A stretch of DNA of 64,000 bases from a virus (Duplodnaviria > Heunggongvirae > Uroviricota > Caudoviricetes), in the IMG/VR virus record IMGVR_UViG_3300042987_001724. One strand, written 5' to 3'. The position numbers were made by a program, and so were the translations under genes. Under the pieces are notes generated by a model. That model saw only the letters and a list, made by a program, of their open reading frames with translations. It had not been told where the DNA came from and made no database searches. Positions 9,538 to 19,400 of this stretch are shown here, piece after piece. Each line of letters begins with the position of its first letter. The stretch's first letter is position 1.

Positions 9538-9876
9538 TCATCGAATTTCATTCAGAATCATTTCTGCCGCAGCGGCGAGTCCACGGTCGACCTGTTCATG
9601 AATCATGTTTGATGCGACGGTTCCGGCGATCCGTAGTTTGCTGGACACTCGCCGACAAGAAATCAGTTCCATGCCGACGTCAAACGCATTCGCTGGGTGC
9701 ATGCAGTACGCAAGGTAAAAGCCGCTTGGCAGTTCCCATAGATCCGCCAGTTTCGCCAGCCGTTTCAAGCGTTCATTCGCCGACATCCAATCGGCTTGCA
9801 GTTTGTTTTTCATCGGAGACAGTCCAGTGACAAATCTTCGCGCCATGGTCAGCAGTTTCCTTTCGGGCTGGTTCAT
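9538..9876 (-). CDS. hypothetical protein
   Basis: 112-aa ORF immediately downstream of the sigma-factor gene on the minus strand. Confidence 0.4.
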   Translation of the reverse strand: MNQPERKLLTMARRFVTGLSPMKNKLQADWMSANERLKRLAKLADLWELPSGFYLAYCMHPANAFDVGMELISCRRVSSKLRIAGTVASNMIHEQVDRGLAAAAEMILNEIR

Positions 9877-9905
9877 TACGGCTCTTTTGGTGTCAATTCC
9901 AAGAA

Positions 9906-10475
9906 TTACTTGGCAACGGCTCGCGTCAGCATTCGCAATCGTTCCTTACCGAGTCTCAATCGGCTTTTGACGGTCGGTACGCACAGATGCAATTCTTCCG
10001 CGATCTGGGGAAGGGATTCCCCCTCGCAGTATCGTCGCAGAACATCGGCCTGATCGGCGTTGAGTTCCGGAAGATGCTGGCGGATCTGTTCCAGAGCCTC
10101 TTTTGCTTCGGCCCGGCAGAGCGGACTCATCTCGTCTGATGCAATTGGTCGTGCATGTCCGTCGTCATCATACATCGGGACGGCTTTCCGGGCTTGCATG
10201 GCACGGACCCCGATGACGTTTTTGCGGCGTCCGAAATCGATCCAGATGTGACGGCACAGCACTGATACCCATGCCGAGGCGTCCCCAAGGGCGGGGTCGT
10301 ATTTGCCAGCGTTCTGGAGAATCCGCATCAGTGCATCTTGTGCCAGATCTTCGGCGGTGTGGTAGCACCTGATGCGAACCCAGAAGTAGTCGACAATCTT
10401 CCGTTCGTATCGCGTCGCGAATTCCGTGAACGCGGATTCGTCGCCATCGGCCATTCGTCGCAGTAGGTTGTTCAT
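9906..10475 (-). CDS. ECF-type sigma-70 family RNA polymerase sigma factor
   Basis: Region 2 (EDLAQDALMRILQ..ASAWVSVLCRHIWIDFGRRKN) and region 4 HTH (LRRYCEGESLPQIAEELHLCVPTVKSRLRLGKERL). Confidence 0.85.
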   Translation of the reverse strand: MNNLLRRMADGDESAFTEFATRYERKIVDYFWVRIRCYHTAEDLAQDALMRILQNAGKYDPALGDASAWVSVLCRHIWIDFGRRKNVIGVRAMQARKAVPMYDDDGHARPIASDEMSPLCRAEAKEALEQIRQHLPELNADQADVLRRYCEGESLPQIAEELHLCVPTVKSRLRLGKERLRMLTRAVAK

Positions 10476-10945
10476 TACAAGCTCCCGTTCTCGTAGAGAT
10501 CGCGAACCTCGCTGATCGTCAATTCTCTACCATTGAGAATGCCGGTCTTGCGGGACAGTGAAAGCAGGTGAGACCTGCGGTCGGCGTCGATGCCTTTTGT
10601 TTTGTGTGCGGCGTTGATGAATGCGGTCCATCTGTCGCCGTTTTCAAGTGCCATTACGCGGCCTTCTCCGAAGTCTTTTGCGTATCGCTTGGCGACGTCC
10701 CTGTCGTTGAAGTGAGCGACGGGCACGCCGGACATATTCCCGGAGACTCCACCGATCACATAGACCCCCGGAATTGATGGTCGCTCATACAGTTCAGCCC
10801 AGAGCGTTCCGTATCCACGAACCCGAGGGTTGAATCCGTCCAGATCCTCTTTCGGAATGCTTCTGTTGTATTCGTCGAAGAAACGATCGGTTTCGCTGAG
10901 AACATCATCAATGTTGCGTCCGAAGTATGGGGCAGGCAGCGTCAT
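10475..10945 (-). CDS. hypothetical protein co-transcribed upstream of the sigma factor
   Basis: The ORF track extends to 11194, but the 5' part is low-complexity. An internal Met (MTLPAPYFGRNIDD..) at ~10945 leaves a ~215-bp divergent intergenic region. Its stop overlaps the sigma-factor start. Confidence 0.45.
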   Translation of the reverse strand: MTLPAPYFGRNIDDVLSETDRFFDEYNRSIPKEDLDGFNPRVRGYGTLWAELYERPSIPGVYVIGGVSGNMSGVPVAHFNDRDVAKRYAKDFGEGRVMALENGDRWTAFINAAHKTKGIDADRRSHLLSLSRKTGILNGRELTISEVRDLYENGSL

Positions 10946-11162
10946 GTTGTTCCGTTCGTTGCGATGTTTTCCGTTGACCACACTGGGGAGAAGGATACCA
11001 ACCGTATCGGTATCTGCAATAGAATTATTTGAGAAACTTCCCGTGATCGCGTATGATTGTCCCGAACTACAAGCACGGTCGAGAAATACGATTTGTTGGA
11101 AACTTCCAGAAAATTGTGATCCGAACGGAAAATCGAGCGTAGATACTGGCAAGGAGACAGAG

Positions 11163-11354
11163 ATGGGAAAGAAAAAGCCGCCAGAAGAACGCACGCATAC
11201 TCACGTCACATTCAATACAACGGAAGAGGAGCGGGATCTATTCAGCCGGGCCGCACGAGCAACCGGGTTGAGTAGCCGAACGGACTGGATGCGTTCAATT
11301 CTGATTCCAGCCGCGAAAAAGGCACTGAAGGGAACCGGCAATGCGCCAGATTGA
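11163..11354 (+). CDS. ribbon-helix-helix (CopG/Arc-like) DNA-binding protein
   Basis: MGKKKPPEERTHTHVTFNTTEEERDLFSRAARATGLSSRTDWMRSILIPAAKKAL has a beta-strand followed by two helices. AGGAGACAGAG RBS. Transcribed divergently from the sigma-factor operon. Confidence 0.5.
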   Translation: MGKKKPPEERTHTHVTFNTTEEERDLFSRAARATGLSSRTDWMRSILIPAAKKALKGTGNAPD

Positions 11355-11737
11355 AGAACTGCGAACAACCGGGGATTCCTGCGTATTTCGGATGTTGCGT
11401 CGAGTGTTCACGCTCGGTTTTTCTCGCTGCCGTCCACATCGGGGCGAGAACCGGAATTGGAACGCTCCGAAGCCAGATAAGTACAAAAACAAGCGGCGAT
11501 AATATGGTCGTCCGAATTAGCCAGCACGCTCTCGAACGATTCCGGCAGCGATCAAAAGTCGCTCGTCAGGATTATGAGGTCGTTCGCTTGCTGAAGGCGA
11601 TAGTGATGCTTTCGGCGTCCGCTCAACAATCAGGTGGGTGGAGATTGAGAAGCCGGGGGATGGTAGTTGTTGGGGAGACCGTCGGCGATGTTGCCACGGT
11701 TTGTAGTTGCTGGTTCCTGAAGGAGACTCGTAAATGA
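11351..11737 (+). CDS. hypothetical protein
   Basis: ORF coupled by ATGA to its neighbours. The start is uncertain; there is an internal Met at ~11504. Confidence 0.35.
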   Translation: MKNCEQPGIPAYFGCCVECSRSVFLAAVHIGARTGIGTLRSQISTKTSGDNMVVRISQHALERFRQRSKVARQDYEVVRLLKAIVMLSASAQQSGGWRLRSRGMVVVGETVGDVATVCSCWFLKETRK

Positions 11738-12045
11738 GTTGGCTGCTTGGTCTTTTCGGGTTGTGCTGGAAGTCGGAGGCGGATGAGATGTATCAAAAGC
11801 TCGTTGCGGCGGAACGAGATGCTTTGCGCCTACAATTAGATGCCTCTCGGTTGAAAGACGACCTAAAAACAAGCGAGGCTCTGCACAAATTACTGCGAGC
11901 CGAAAACGCAGTGCTGCGGGATCAAATCGCCGATCTCGAACTGGAAGATGGCGATGACGACGACGAAGACTTCGACGATGATTTTGATGACGATGATTAC
12001 GATGAAGAGGACGAATACTACGACGATGAGGATGACGACGAATGA
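11734..12045 (+). CDS. coiled-coil protein with poly-acidic tail
   Basis: LRLQLDASRLKDDL..AENAVLRDQIADLELE followed by a D/E-rich tail (DGDDDDEDFDDDFDDDDYDEEDEYYDDEDDDE). Confidence 0.5.
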   Translation: MSWLLGLFGLCWKSEADEMYQKLVAAERDALRLQLDASRLKDDLKTSEALHKLLRAENAVLRDQIADLELEDGDDDDEDFDDDFDDDDYDEEDEYYDDEDDDE

Positions 12046-12263
12046 ACTTGATTCGACCCAACCCAGCCACAATCAAAACCGGGAATGCCGCGTCGGAACT
12101 ACGGCGGTACGCATCCGAAATGCGTGATTCTGGGGTGCCCGTGCAAGGATGCGCGTGGATCGAAGTTACGGCTGACCTGATCGACCGGCAACAATCCAAG
12201 ATCGAAGCACTCGAAAAGGAACTCAATGCCACGCAAGCCGACTCGAAGACCCGCGAAGCGTAA
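12042..12263 (+). CDS. hypothetical protein
   Basis: 73-aa ORF coupled by ATGA to the upstream gene. It overlaps the PhoH start region. Confidence 0.4.
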   Translation: MNLIRPNPATIKTGNAASELRRYASEMRDSGVPVQGCAWIEVTADLIDRQQSKIEALEKELNATQADSKTREA

Positions 12264-12972
12264 GGATCTGACCGCCCCGGAATCCATGAAGCCACCGCAG
12301 GAGTGGTCCGGTCCGACGTTGAAACGTGTCGTCAAGCCAAGGACGAAGAATCACGCCGCCTACATGAAGTCTATGGCCGACAATACGATCACGTTTGCTC
12401 TCGGCCCGGCGGGGGGCGGGAAAACCTACATGGCGGTAGGTTACGCATCGTCACTATTGGCGTCAGGTGCGATCAAGAAAATCGTCCTCTGTCGTCCAAT
12501 GGTTCAGGCTGGAGAAACGGACGAAATCGGATTCTTGCCCGGTGACGTCGGCCTCAAAGCTGGTCCGTTCATGGCTCCGCTGACCGATGCTTTGTTAGAC
12601 TTTTTCAGTTCGCAGGACATCGACAGGCTGATGGAATCCGGCGCGTTGCAAGTTCTGCCAATTTCCCTGATGCGTGGAAAGTCGCTTCGATCGTCATTCG
12701 TGATCGTCGATGAGGCTCAGAACTGCACCGCCAAGCAAGTTCGTCTCGTCCTGACTCGCATCGAGGCGGGCTGCAAGGTCGTTCTTGCAGGGGATCAGGG
12801 ACAGTCGGATATCTCCCACATCCACCCCATTGACGAAATTGCCGACTGGTTGACAGGGACAATCGCCGGTCCGCCAATCGCAGGGATCGGTCGCATTAAG
12901 TTTGATTACGCCGACAACCAGCGAGACCCGTTAATCACTGAGATCGACAAGAGAATGTCGTCACGAATTTAG
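12226..12972 (+). CDS. phoH: PhoH-like ATPase
   Basis: Walker A ALGPAGGGKTY. Conserved PhoH core: IVLCRPMVQAGE..GFLPGD, Walker B FVIVDEAQNCT, VVLAGDQGQSDI. Confidence 0.9.
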   Translation: MPRKPTRRPAKRKDLTAPESMKPPQEWSGPTLKRVVKPRTKNHAAYMKSMADNTITFALGPAGGGKTYMAVGYASSLLASGAIKKIVLCRPMVQAGETDEIGFLPGDVGLKAGPFMAPLTDALLDFFSSQDIDRLMESGALQVLPISLMRGKSLRSSFVIVDEAQNCTAKQVRLVLTRIEAGCKVVLAGDQGQSDISHIHPIDEIADWLTGTIAGPPIAGIGRIKFDYADNQRDPLITEIDKRMSSRI

Positions 12973-12979
12973 GGAAACC

Positions 12980-13390
12980 GTGGAAAACCGATTGCCGCCA
13001 GAACCAGAGGAGCCGCATGAGCACGATATCGAATCGCGGATCATCCTGAAGTCGATCAGCCATCACATGGGCTGTAAGGCGGTCTATGCCGACATCTCGC
13101 CGGATACCGGGCAGGCATTCCTGTTCACTGCGGATCTGGCGTTTCTCGGTGTCGCCACTGTGATCGTCAGCGAATACTGCGGGGATGAGTTGATCGACCG
13201 CATGAAATCAAGCATGGTCGTCGGCGTCGAACTGGTTGACGGATTGCAGTTGATCTCGAATGATAAGGAAAACTTCGCCGGACTGATGCCGGTCGGAAAG
13301 GAAATGGAGGATTGTTTGGGTGCCCTAAGCCCGAAATACTTCGACAGATTGCCCGATCACATCAAACGAAGGAACGCCGCTCAGTGGTGA
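12980..13390 (+). CDS. hypothetical protein
   Basis: 136-aa ORF with clean composition. Confidence 0.5.
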   Translation: MENRLPPEPEEPHEHDIESRIILKSISHHMGCKAVYADISPDTGQAFLFTADLAFLGVATVIVSEYCGDELIDRMKSSMVVGVELVDGLQLISNDKENFAGLMPVGKEMEDCLGALSPKYFDRLPDHIKRRNAAQW

Positions 13391-13398
13391 TTTTATGA

Positions 13399-13411
13399 AA
13401 TTCCGAGAATT
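13399..13411 (+). promoter_or_regulatory. palindromic operator/promoter-like element AATTCCGAGAATT
   Basis: One of four near-identical copies of AATTCCNGGAATT (others at 26611, 42576, 47490). All lie in intergenic DNA upstream of plus-strand genes. This copy is followed by ATTGCAATTGTCGTGG, resembling ATTGTAATTGTCGCGG after the 26611 copy. Confidence 0.45.
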
Positions 13412-13498
13412 CGCACGGATTCTGTATTGCAATTGTCGTGGCGGCGGCGATAATCACTTTCGTTACGCCAATTCAACCGCGAACGAAAGAAGAACCAA

Positions 13499-13729
13499 AT
13501 GATGACTCAAGAAGATCAGGATTACGAATTCAATTCCTACTACGATCACAAGATTGGCATGTTCGACGCTTTGGACCCACAAGCCGAAGCTGAGTCGGAC
13601 GCATCTTGTGCTGAAGAAGAATGGCGACAACTCAATCCTGCGGAGCGATTCGTCCGAATTTCCCAGTTTGAGCGAACGATGCTCAAGTATGCCAGCACTG
13701 CAAGCTACGGGGCAGATGTCCCGTTCTAG
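13499..13729 (+). CDS. hypothetical acidic protein
   Basis: 76-aa ORF downstream of the palindromic element. Confidence 0.4.
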   Translation: MMTQEDQDYEFNSYYDHKIGMFDALDPQAEAESDASCAEEEWRQLNPAERFVRISQFERTMLKYASTASYGADVPF

Positions 13730-13803
13730 GACGAAACGGGAGCAATCCCGTCTGCCAGTTACGCTGGCACTGATGAGTCCGACCGCCAGCAAGGATCGCC
13801 ACC

Positions 13804-14184
13804 ATGAAAACGAAGGCCACAAAGCACGATCTTGAGCGAGAAATCGCTGACCTGAAATCGCAATTGAAGGCCGTTCGTAATGAAATGGCCGTTTTGGAGG
13901 AAACGAATTACTCCAGATATATTCCATTTGGCCCGAAACTCGAACTTTATGACCACCCATTCGAGAGCGATATTCGCAACGCCGTCAGCAGCCAATTCGA
14001 CGGACGAACCGGATGGGTTGTTGTTGAACTCGGCAGCGATCACCCTTTCCGCTTCGTGTTGGTGAACGTCAGTTACACCAACGAAGATGGGACTTGGGTT
14101 GACAGCGGATTCTACAGATTGGCCCGCCAGACTCGCGAGCGAGATTATGATAAGAACGTATGGGGCGAATGGGTGAACAAATAG
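13804..14184 (+). CDS. hypothetical protein
   Basis: 126-aa ORF with an N-terminal coiled coil. Confidence 0.5.
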   Translation: MKTKATKHDLEREIADLKSQLKAVRNEMAVLEETNYSRYIPFGPKLELYDHPFESDIRNAVSSQFDGRTGWVVVELGSDHPFRFVLVNVSYTNEDGTWVDSGFYRLARQTRERDYDKNVWGEWVNK

Positions 14185-14286
14185 TCAGCCGGAGCGATCA
14201 GAAATGTGCGAAGAAAACCCGGAATTCAGAGACTCCTCCGAACTTGTCATGCGAGAGCATGGTGATATCGCAATTGATAACGTGAA

Positions 14287-14511
14287 TTGATCCAAATGAG
14301 AAAGCGTAAAAGCTGGAACGAGCAGATATGCTCAATCGAAAACAAGGGATACTCTGCCTTCACGAGCGGCCAGCCTATTGAATCCAATCCGTATGTCGGC
14401 GGACATCGCAATCAAAACGGGAGCGGTGGCCAGTTGCAGAGACAACGGGGCTATGCGTGGTCGCGAGGCTGGAGGCTTGCGGAATCAGAGTCCCAAGAGA
14501 AACCCGCGTAG
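14287..14511 (+). CDS. Rmf-like (ribosome modulation factor-like) small protein
   Basis: KGYSAFTSGQPIESNPY..RQRGYAWSRGWRLAE aligns to the Rmf core (RGYQAGIAGRSKEMCPY..QRSQWLGGWREA). Paralogous to 52485..52715. Confidence 0.4.
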   Translation: MIQMRKRKSWNEQICSIENKGYSAFTSGQPIESNPYVGGHRNQNGSGGQLQRQRGYAWSRGWRLAESESQEKPA

Positions 14512-14563
14512 CGACTGAATCCGCCGCGCGGTAAAATCCACGGCTAAACTGCAAGGAACCCGA

Positions 14564-16489
14564 ATGTCTGCATCGTCACGATTTTCGCCACAGGACTGGG
14601 AGGCCACTTTAGTCGCCTGCCACTACCATCCAAAGCACGTCAAGGAACTGATGAAGCTGAGGGACGACATGCACGACTACGAAATGCACGTCCACCGGCT
14701 AGCAACAGATCCGAACCATAAAGTCCCGGACCCGCCGAACGTGACGATGCGACTCGGGCAGATCATTGGTGATGATGCCATGCGGCAATTCAGCCGCGAC
14801 GACGAATCCCCGCTCGAACTCGCCTGCCGACTCTCTGGGATCGGCCCGGCTGATGTTATCGCGTCTCTACCGTCGGAATTCAGCCGCCAGTTAGACGATA
14901 TCGGCCCCGTTGAATTCGGCCAGAAGTCGTTTGACTGGGACGAGACTGCGGTACACCGGGAAACGTCCGCTCACGACGGGAAAAAGCCCGGCGAATTCGC
15001 ACCAAAGCATGACTTCCCCGCAATCAATGCCGTGAAAGACGAATACAAGTTTCCGGAACGGCTGAATAAGCTGACTGCGATTCTGGATGCACATCAAACC
15101 GGAGATGTCCCGAAGGCTCAGTTCGAAATGGCCAAGAGCCACCTCAACTGGATTAAAGACGCAAAACGCCATTTGCTCGACTGGATGCACGCGGACCGAG
15201 ATGGGGATACTGATGCCGAACACCCACCAATGTCTCCAGCAGAAAGCGAGGCGGTTCGTGAGGCGTATTATGGATTCAACAAGAAGTCCATCAAGGCACT
15301 CGAAAAGCTGAACTCCGACCACCCAGCGGTAAAATACGCTCTCGCTCTGAATGCGGAACTGGACAAACTTGGCTCGCACATCGAATCCATGAAAGACAGG
15401 GTTGTCACGGCGGCACAGCAAAGGGAAGCCAAGAAAGCCGCAGCGGTTCGCGCCGAGAAGTCGAAGCCAGTGACCTCACTTTCGAAGGTTGTTGCCGAGG
15501 CGACTGAAACACTTCGCCCACAAATGACGTCCTTCTTTAAGCGAGTAATGACTGATCGGTTGAGTCTTCTGAATCGCATGGTTGACGAATACAACTCACA
15601 AGAGATTCCAAAGTCCACCGGGATTAGACTCACCAAGGAAGAACGAGACGCAGAGGAGTCCAGAAGCCGAAAATGGAAAAGCATCCAAGTCCTGTTCTCT
15701 GAAGTGCGAAACTGCCTGAGCGCTGACGCATCGGTGATGGAGGGAAACCACAAATTCGACGATGCTCGACTCGAAAGCCAGTCCAACGCATACGCCACGG
15801 GAGTCATCGAAGGGATGAGGTCCAAGATCAACCAAAAGCTGGAGGATCTTGACGACGCCAGCTTTAGGCATGCCAGCGGCGGCGAAAACACATTCGGATT
15901 GCACGGAACTCGCGACGGAAAGAAAGTCGAGATTCAGCAGAGCGTAAAATGGAACGTATCGTCTCTCGGGAACCCATTCAATCAGTATCCGGCCCTGATC
16001 TACGTTGACGGCAAGAGCGTATCTGAGGCGAAGTACAAAAGCATGTTCAGTCAGAAACCTGAACATCCGTCAAGTGAACCGGAGAAGCCAAAAGGCTCTG
16101 CACAGTCATTCATCTCTACCGTGCGGGAAATGGGATACAAAAACCCATTCTCCAATGAGACAGTTGTCGGAAACGCCGCCGTAGAACTGCACGCCAGCCC
16201 GGACGGATCGGTCTGGTTGAAAAGCATTCGGGCACTGACGCCGAAAAAAGGCGACGGCAGCGCAATGCTGAAGCAACTCACGAAACTGGCGGATGAAAAC
16301 GGAGTCGAGATCAAGGGCGAAGCGGTCCCATTCGGCAAGAGCATGAGTGCTGCGAAGCTCAAGAAATGGTACGTCGCCCACGGATTTACGCTGAACGGAG
16401 AAGAGTTTACCTACACGCCAACTCCACGATTGAAGATCGGCAGCGGACCCATGCGATCAATCCCAATCGAACAGCCGGAGCAAGAATAG
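14564..16489 (+). CDS. polyvalent protein 1 (641 aa) with linker module and C-terminal GNAT-like domain
   Basis: Contains RQFSRDD and SEFSRQLDDIGPVEFGQKSFDWDETAVHRETSAHDGKKPGEFAPK (module). C-terminal GNAT motif A-like LKSIRALTPKKGDGSAMLKQL. Ends EEFTYTP plus tail. Confidence 0.8.
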   Translation: MSASSRFSPQDWEATLVACHYHPKHVKELMKLRDDMHDYEMHVHRLATDPNHKVPDPPNVTMRLGQIIGDDAMRQFSRDDESPLELACRLSGIGPADVIASLPSEFSRQLDDIGPVEFGQKSFDWDETAVHRETSAHDGKKPGEFAPKHDFPAINAVKDEYKFPERLNKLTAILDAHQTGDVPKAQFEMAKSHLNWIKDAKRHLLDWMHADRDGDTDAEHPPMSPAESEAVREAYYGFNKKSIKALEKLNSDHPAVKYALALNAELDKLGSHIESMKDRVVTAAQQREAKKAAAVRAEKSKPVTSLSKVVAEATETLRPQMTSFFKRVMTDRLSLLNRMVDEYNSQEIPKSTGIRLTKEERDAEESRSRKWKSIQVLFSEVRNCLSADASVMEGNHKFDDARLESQSNAYATGVIEGMRSKINQKLEDLDDASFRHASGGENTFGLHGTRDGKKVEIQQSVKWNVSSLGNPFNQYPALIYVDGKSVSEAKYKSMFSQKPEHPSSEPEKPKGSAQSFISTVREMGYKNPFSNETVVGNAAVELHASPDGSVWLKSIRALTPKKGDGSAMLKQLTKLADENGVEIKGEAVPFGKSMSAAKLKKWYVAHGFTLNGEEFTYTPTPRLKIGSGPMRSIPIEQPEQE

Positions 16490-16492
16490 CCA

Positions 16493-19400
16493 ATGTCGCT
16501 CGAATCCGACCTGCAAACCGTACTCGGTTCATTTGTGGAAGTTTCCACGCCAATTCCTTTCTCAAGAACCGCCGCACCGGGGCAGAAACGTCTCTGGAAT
16601 GAGGCCGATGTCAGCCGGGAGTCCGAAGCCCATGAGGGGAAGCGCCCCGGCGAGTTCGCCCCGAAGCCACATGAGGGCACTGTTGACATCGGGAACGGAG
16701 TGTCGCTTAAAACTCATCCGCCAAAAACACACGTTATTAGGCCCGGCAACCAGTACGACACCCATTATTGGGAGGCCATAAAAAACGGAGAGACCATCGG
16801 CAGCGGGAGATATGCGAACTACGGAACCGCAACCCAGCCACTGGAGGTATCGGTGAATCCGTCGCATCGCGGTCAGGGAGTTTATTCGTCGGTGTTGGCG
16901 GAACTAAATCGCCGCGCGACTGTAATCCCGAACGACCTAAGCGTAAGCACTGAAGCAAAAAGGGCGTGGAACAGATTTCGAAAACAAACCGGAGAGCAAC
17001 CACAGTTCCCAGAAGCTATGACTCCGCAAGAGAAAAAGTCAAAAACGCCAGCCGGTCAGAATCTCCTGTTCGACTCCGGCGTCAGCGATCAGCCCGTAGC
17101 GAAGCCAGCCCCGCAACCGAGTGAGTTGGAGAAGATTGACGACGAGCAGAAGAAATCGAAGATTGCTCCGGTCGAAGGGCAGAAAGAGCTATTTGAGGGT
17201 GGATTGGAGCCTGTTCATCACCACGTCGCGAAGCGATTCGGGATTCCCCCGCACGCCGTCAAGAGCCTGATGGAATCCGGCGTGCCAGAATTGCGACGCC
17301 GCGACGAGTGGCTAGCTGAGAGTAATGGGGCTTCCCCGCAAACCGGGTTCGAGACATTCCCTCACGGCACAGCACGGATCAACCAATTCGGCGATCCCAA
17401 CGAATCCTACGTTGATTACATGACGGAATTCAGCCCGCACGATATCGAGCCGACGGAACCAGAGGACGGAATCAAGAAAAGCCAGACGTACAAGGATTAC
17501 GTCCAATGGGCGAAGGCGGGCCACCAGCCTCCCCCGGTCAGTGTGTTCAGTAGTAACAATGGCAACGGGAAACTGTTGACCTCAAGCCGCCGCAGAACGC
17601 TGGCCGCACGAGAGGCGGGAGTCGCAAAGATTCCAGCATGGCACGGACCCTATAACCCTGAAACCGGCAACCCGCTGAAATACGGTGACGTGATGAAGGC
17701 CGTAAACGAGTTCCACTCTCAGCAGTTTTCGCGAACGCTCAATGAAGTCACCCCGATAGAGTTCTCTGTCGCTGCTCCGCCACGTAAACGTCGAGTTATC
17801 GACGACAAGCGAACTCGCGAAGATGTTGACGAAGACGAAAAGGTATTCGGCAAGAAAAAACGAATCCCGACCGATGGTAACAAACCAGAAACCGGCTGGA
17901 CGAAAGTCGGTGGCAGCACGGTCCACGTCAACGATGATGGCGTCATCGACAAAGGCTGTCCCGGATTGAAGGGCGAGGAAGTCGAAGACCTGATTGACGA
18001 ATCCGACGAATCCCGCGAACGCCGCGAAGCCCGGCAGGCATACGCTCGCGCCGCTGGCATCACCGGAGATCAGATCACAGCCGAGCAAGCAAAAGCGATG
18101 GGGAGCGATGCTCACGTCGAAGGAATGAAGCAAGCCAAGGCAGTAGCGGAAGCAGATCCACGCCCAACAATCGGCACATCTGACGTTCTCCGTGGAGTGG
18201 ACGACCAGACCGGAGAGCTAGCCGGGAACGGTCACGAGCTTCTGCAATCCAACAATCGTGAGCACCCAGAATCCAACGAGCAATTCGAGGGAACTGGAAT
18301 GCCGTCGCCGATGAAGTTCATGGACGACGAAGACGAAGGCACCCGCCCGCAGTGGATGGGACCGAAGTTGTCGGAGATGGTCCCGATTCCGCCACGACCG
18401 AAATTCCTGCGAGATCGTGAGCCGCTCGACCACGATGCCGCAGCACAGTACCAGCCCCAGATTGACAAACTTGAGGCGGATATCGCCAAATGGCGAGATG
18501 CTCGCGACGCGATGAAAAAAGGCCGCGACGTCGGCCAATTCGGGCTTTCTCCAGAACAGAAAACCCCAGAATACGCCGATGCGCAAATCAAAGCACTGCA
18601 AGGACCGCTGGGGAAACTGAAACGGCAGTTGTCTGACTACCGGATGCGATCAACTCCAAACCAAAATCCAGCAACGCAGACATGGACCTCGCTGGACTCC
18701 GCAGCAGAGGGAGCGTCATCAAAATTCGGAATCCCAATTCACCACATTGTCGAAGCCATGCCGGATGCGTATTTATTCCGGCTGGCGCAGTCGATCGAGC
18801 ATGAATCGCTCAAAAAGGCAGCACGCAAGAAACTGCAAATGCACGCCGGTGATTTGGCAAGAATCGAAAACCAGCATTCCGACTGGTCTGATGTCCCCCG
18901 CTTCGACGAGGCTTCCCGAGAATTCGCGTCAGAAAACCCCGGTGCAGGTCTGGACCCATACGCCCACGATACGCCAGACAAGGTGTGGAGCCTGATCCGT
19001 GAGGGCGCGACGTCGATGCCAGCCAAGGACTCCCCGGAAATCGCAGAGCTTGCCGCACAGATGATTTCTGGCGACTACAATCGGAAGCCGCTGGAGTTCA
19101 CGTCAGAAGATGACCATGACGATCATGGCGACGATTTTTCAGATGACTGGGGAGGAGAACACGGCGACACGTCATTCGATCCGAATTCGTTCAGTCGATG
19201 GATACTCAATGCCGGTCCCGTGGAGTTCGCCCGCGTCAGGCCCGCCCGCAATCAATCTGCGTTCAATTGGGATGAGGATGCCCACCCCCGAGAGGCCACT
19301 GTACACGACGGAAAACGACCGGGAGAGTTTGCCGCAAAGCAGGGAGTCGCCGCGCCGCAGGAGATCGACCACGAATCCGACTACAAGCAGAACGGAACCC

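Noticed and set aside
11630-12295. 221-aa minus-strand ORF
   Set aside because: Arg/His/Pro-rich low-complexity shadow ORF. It overlaps three coupled plus-strand genes including the PhoH start.
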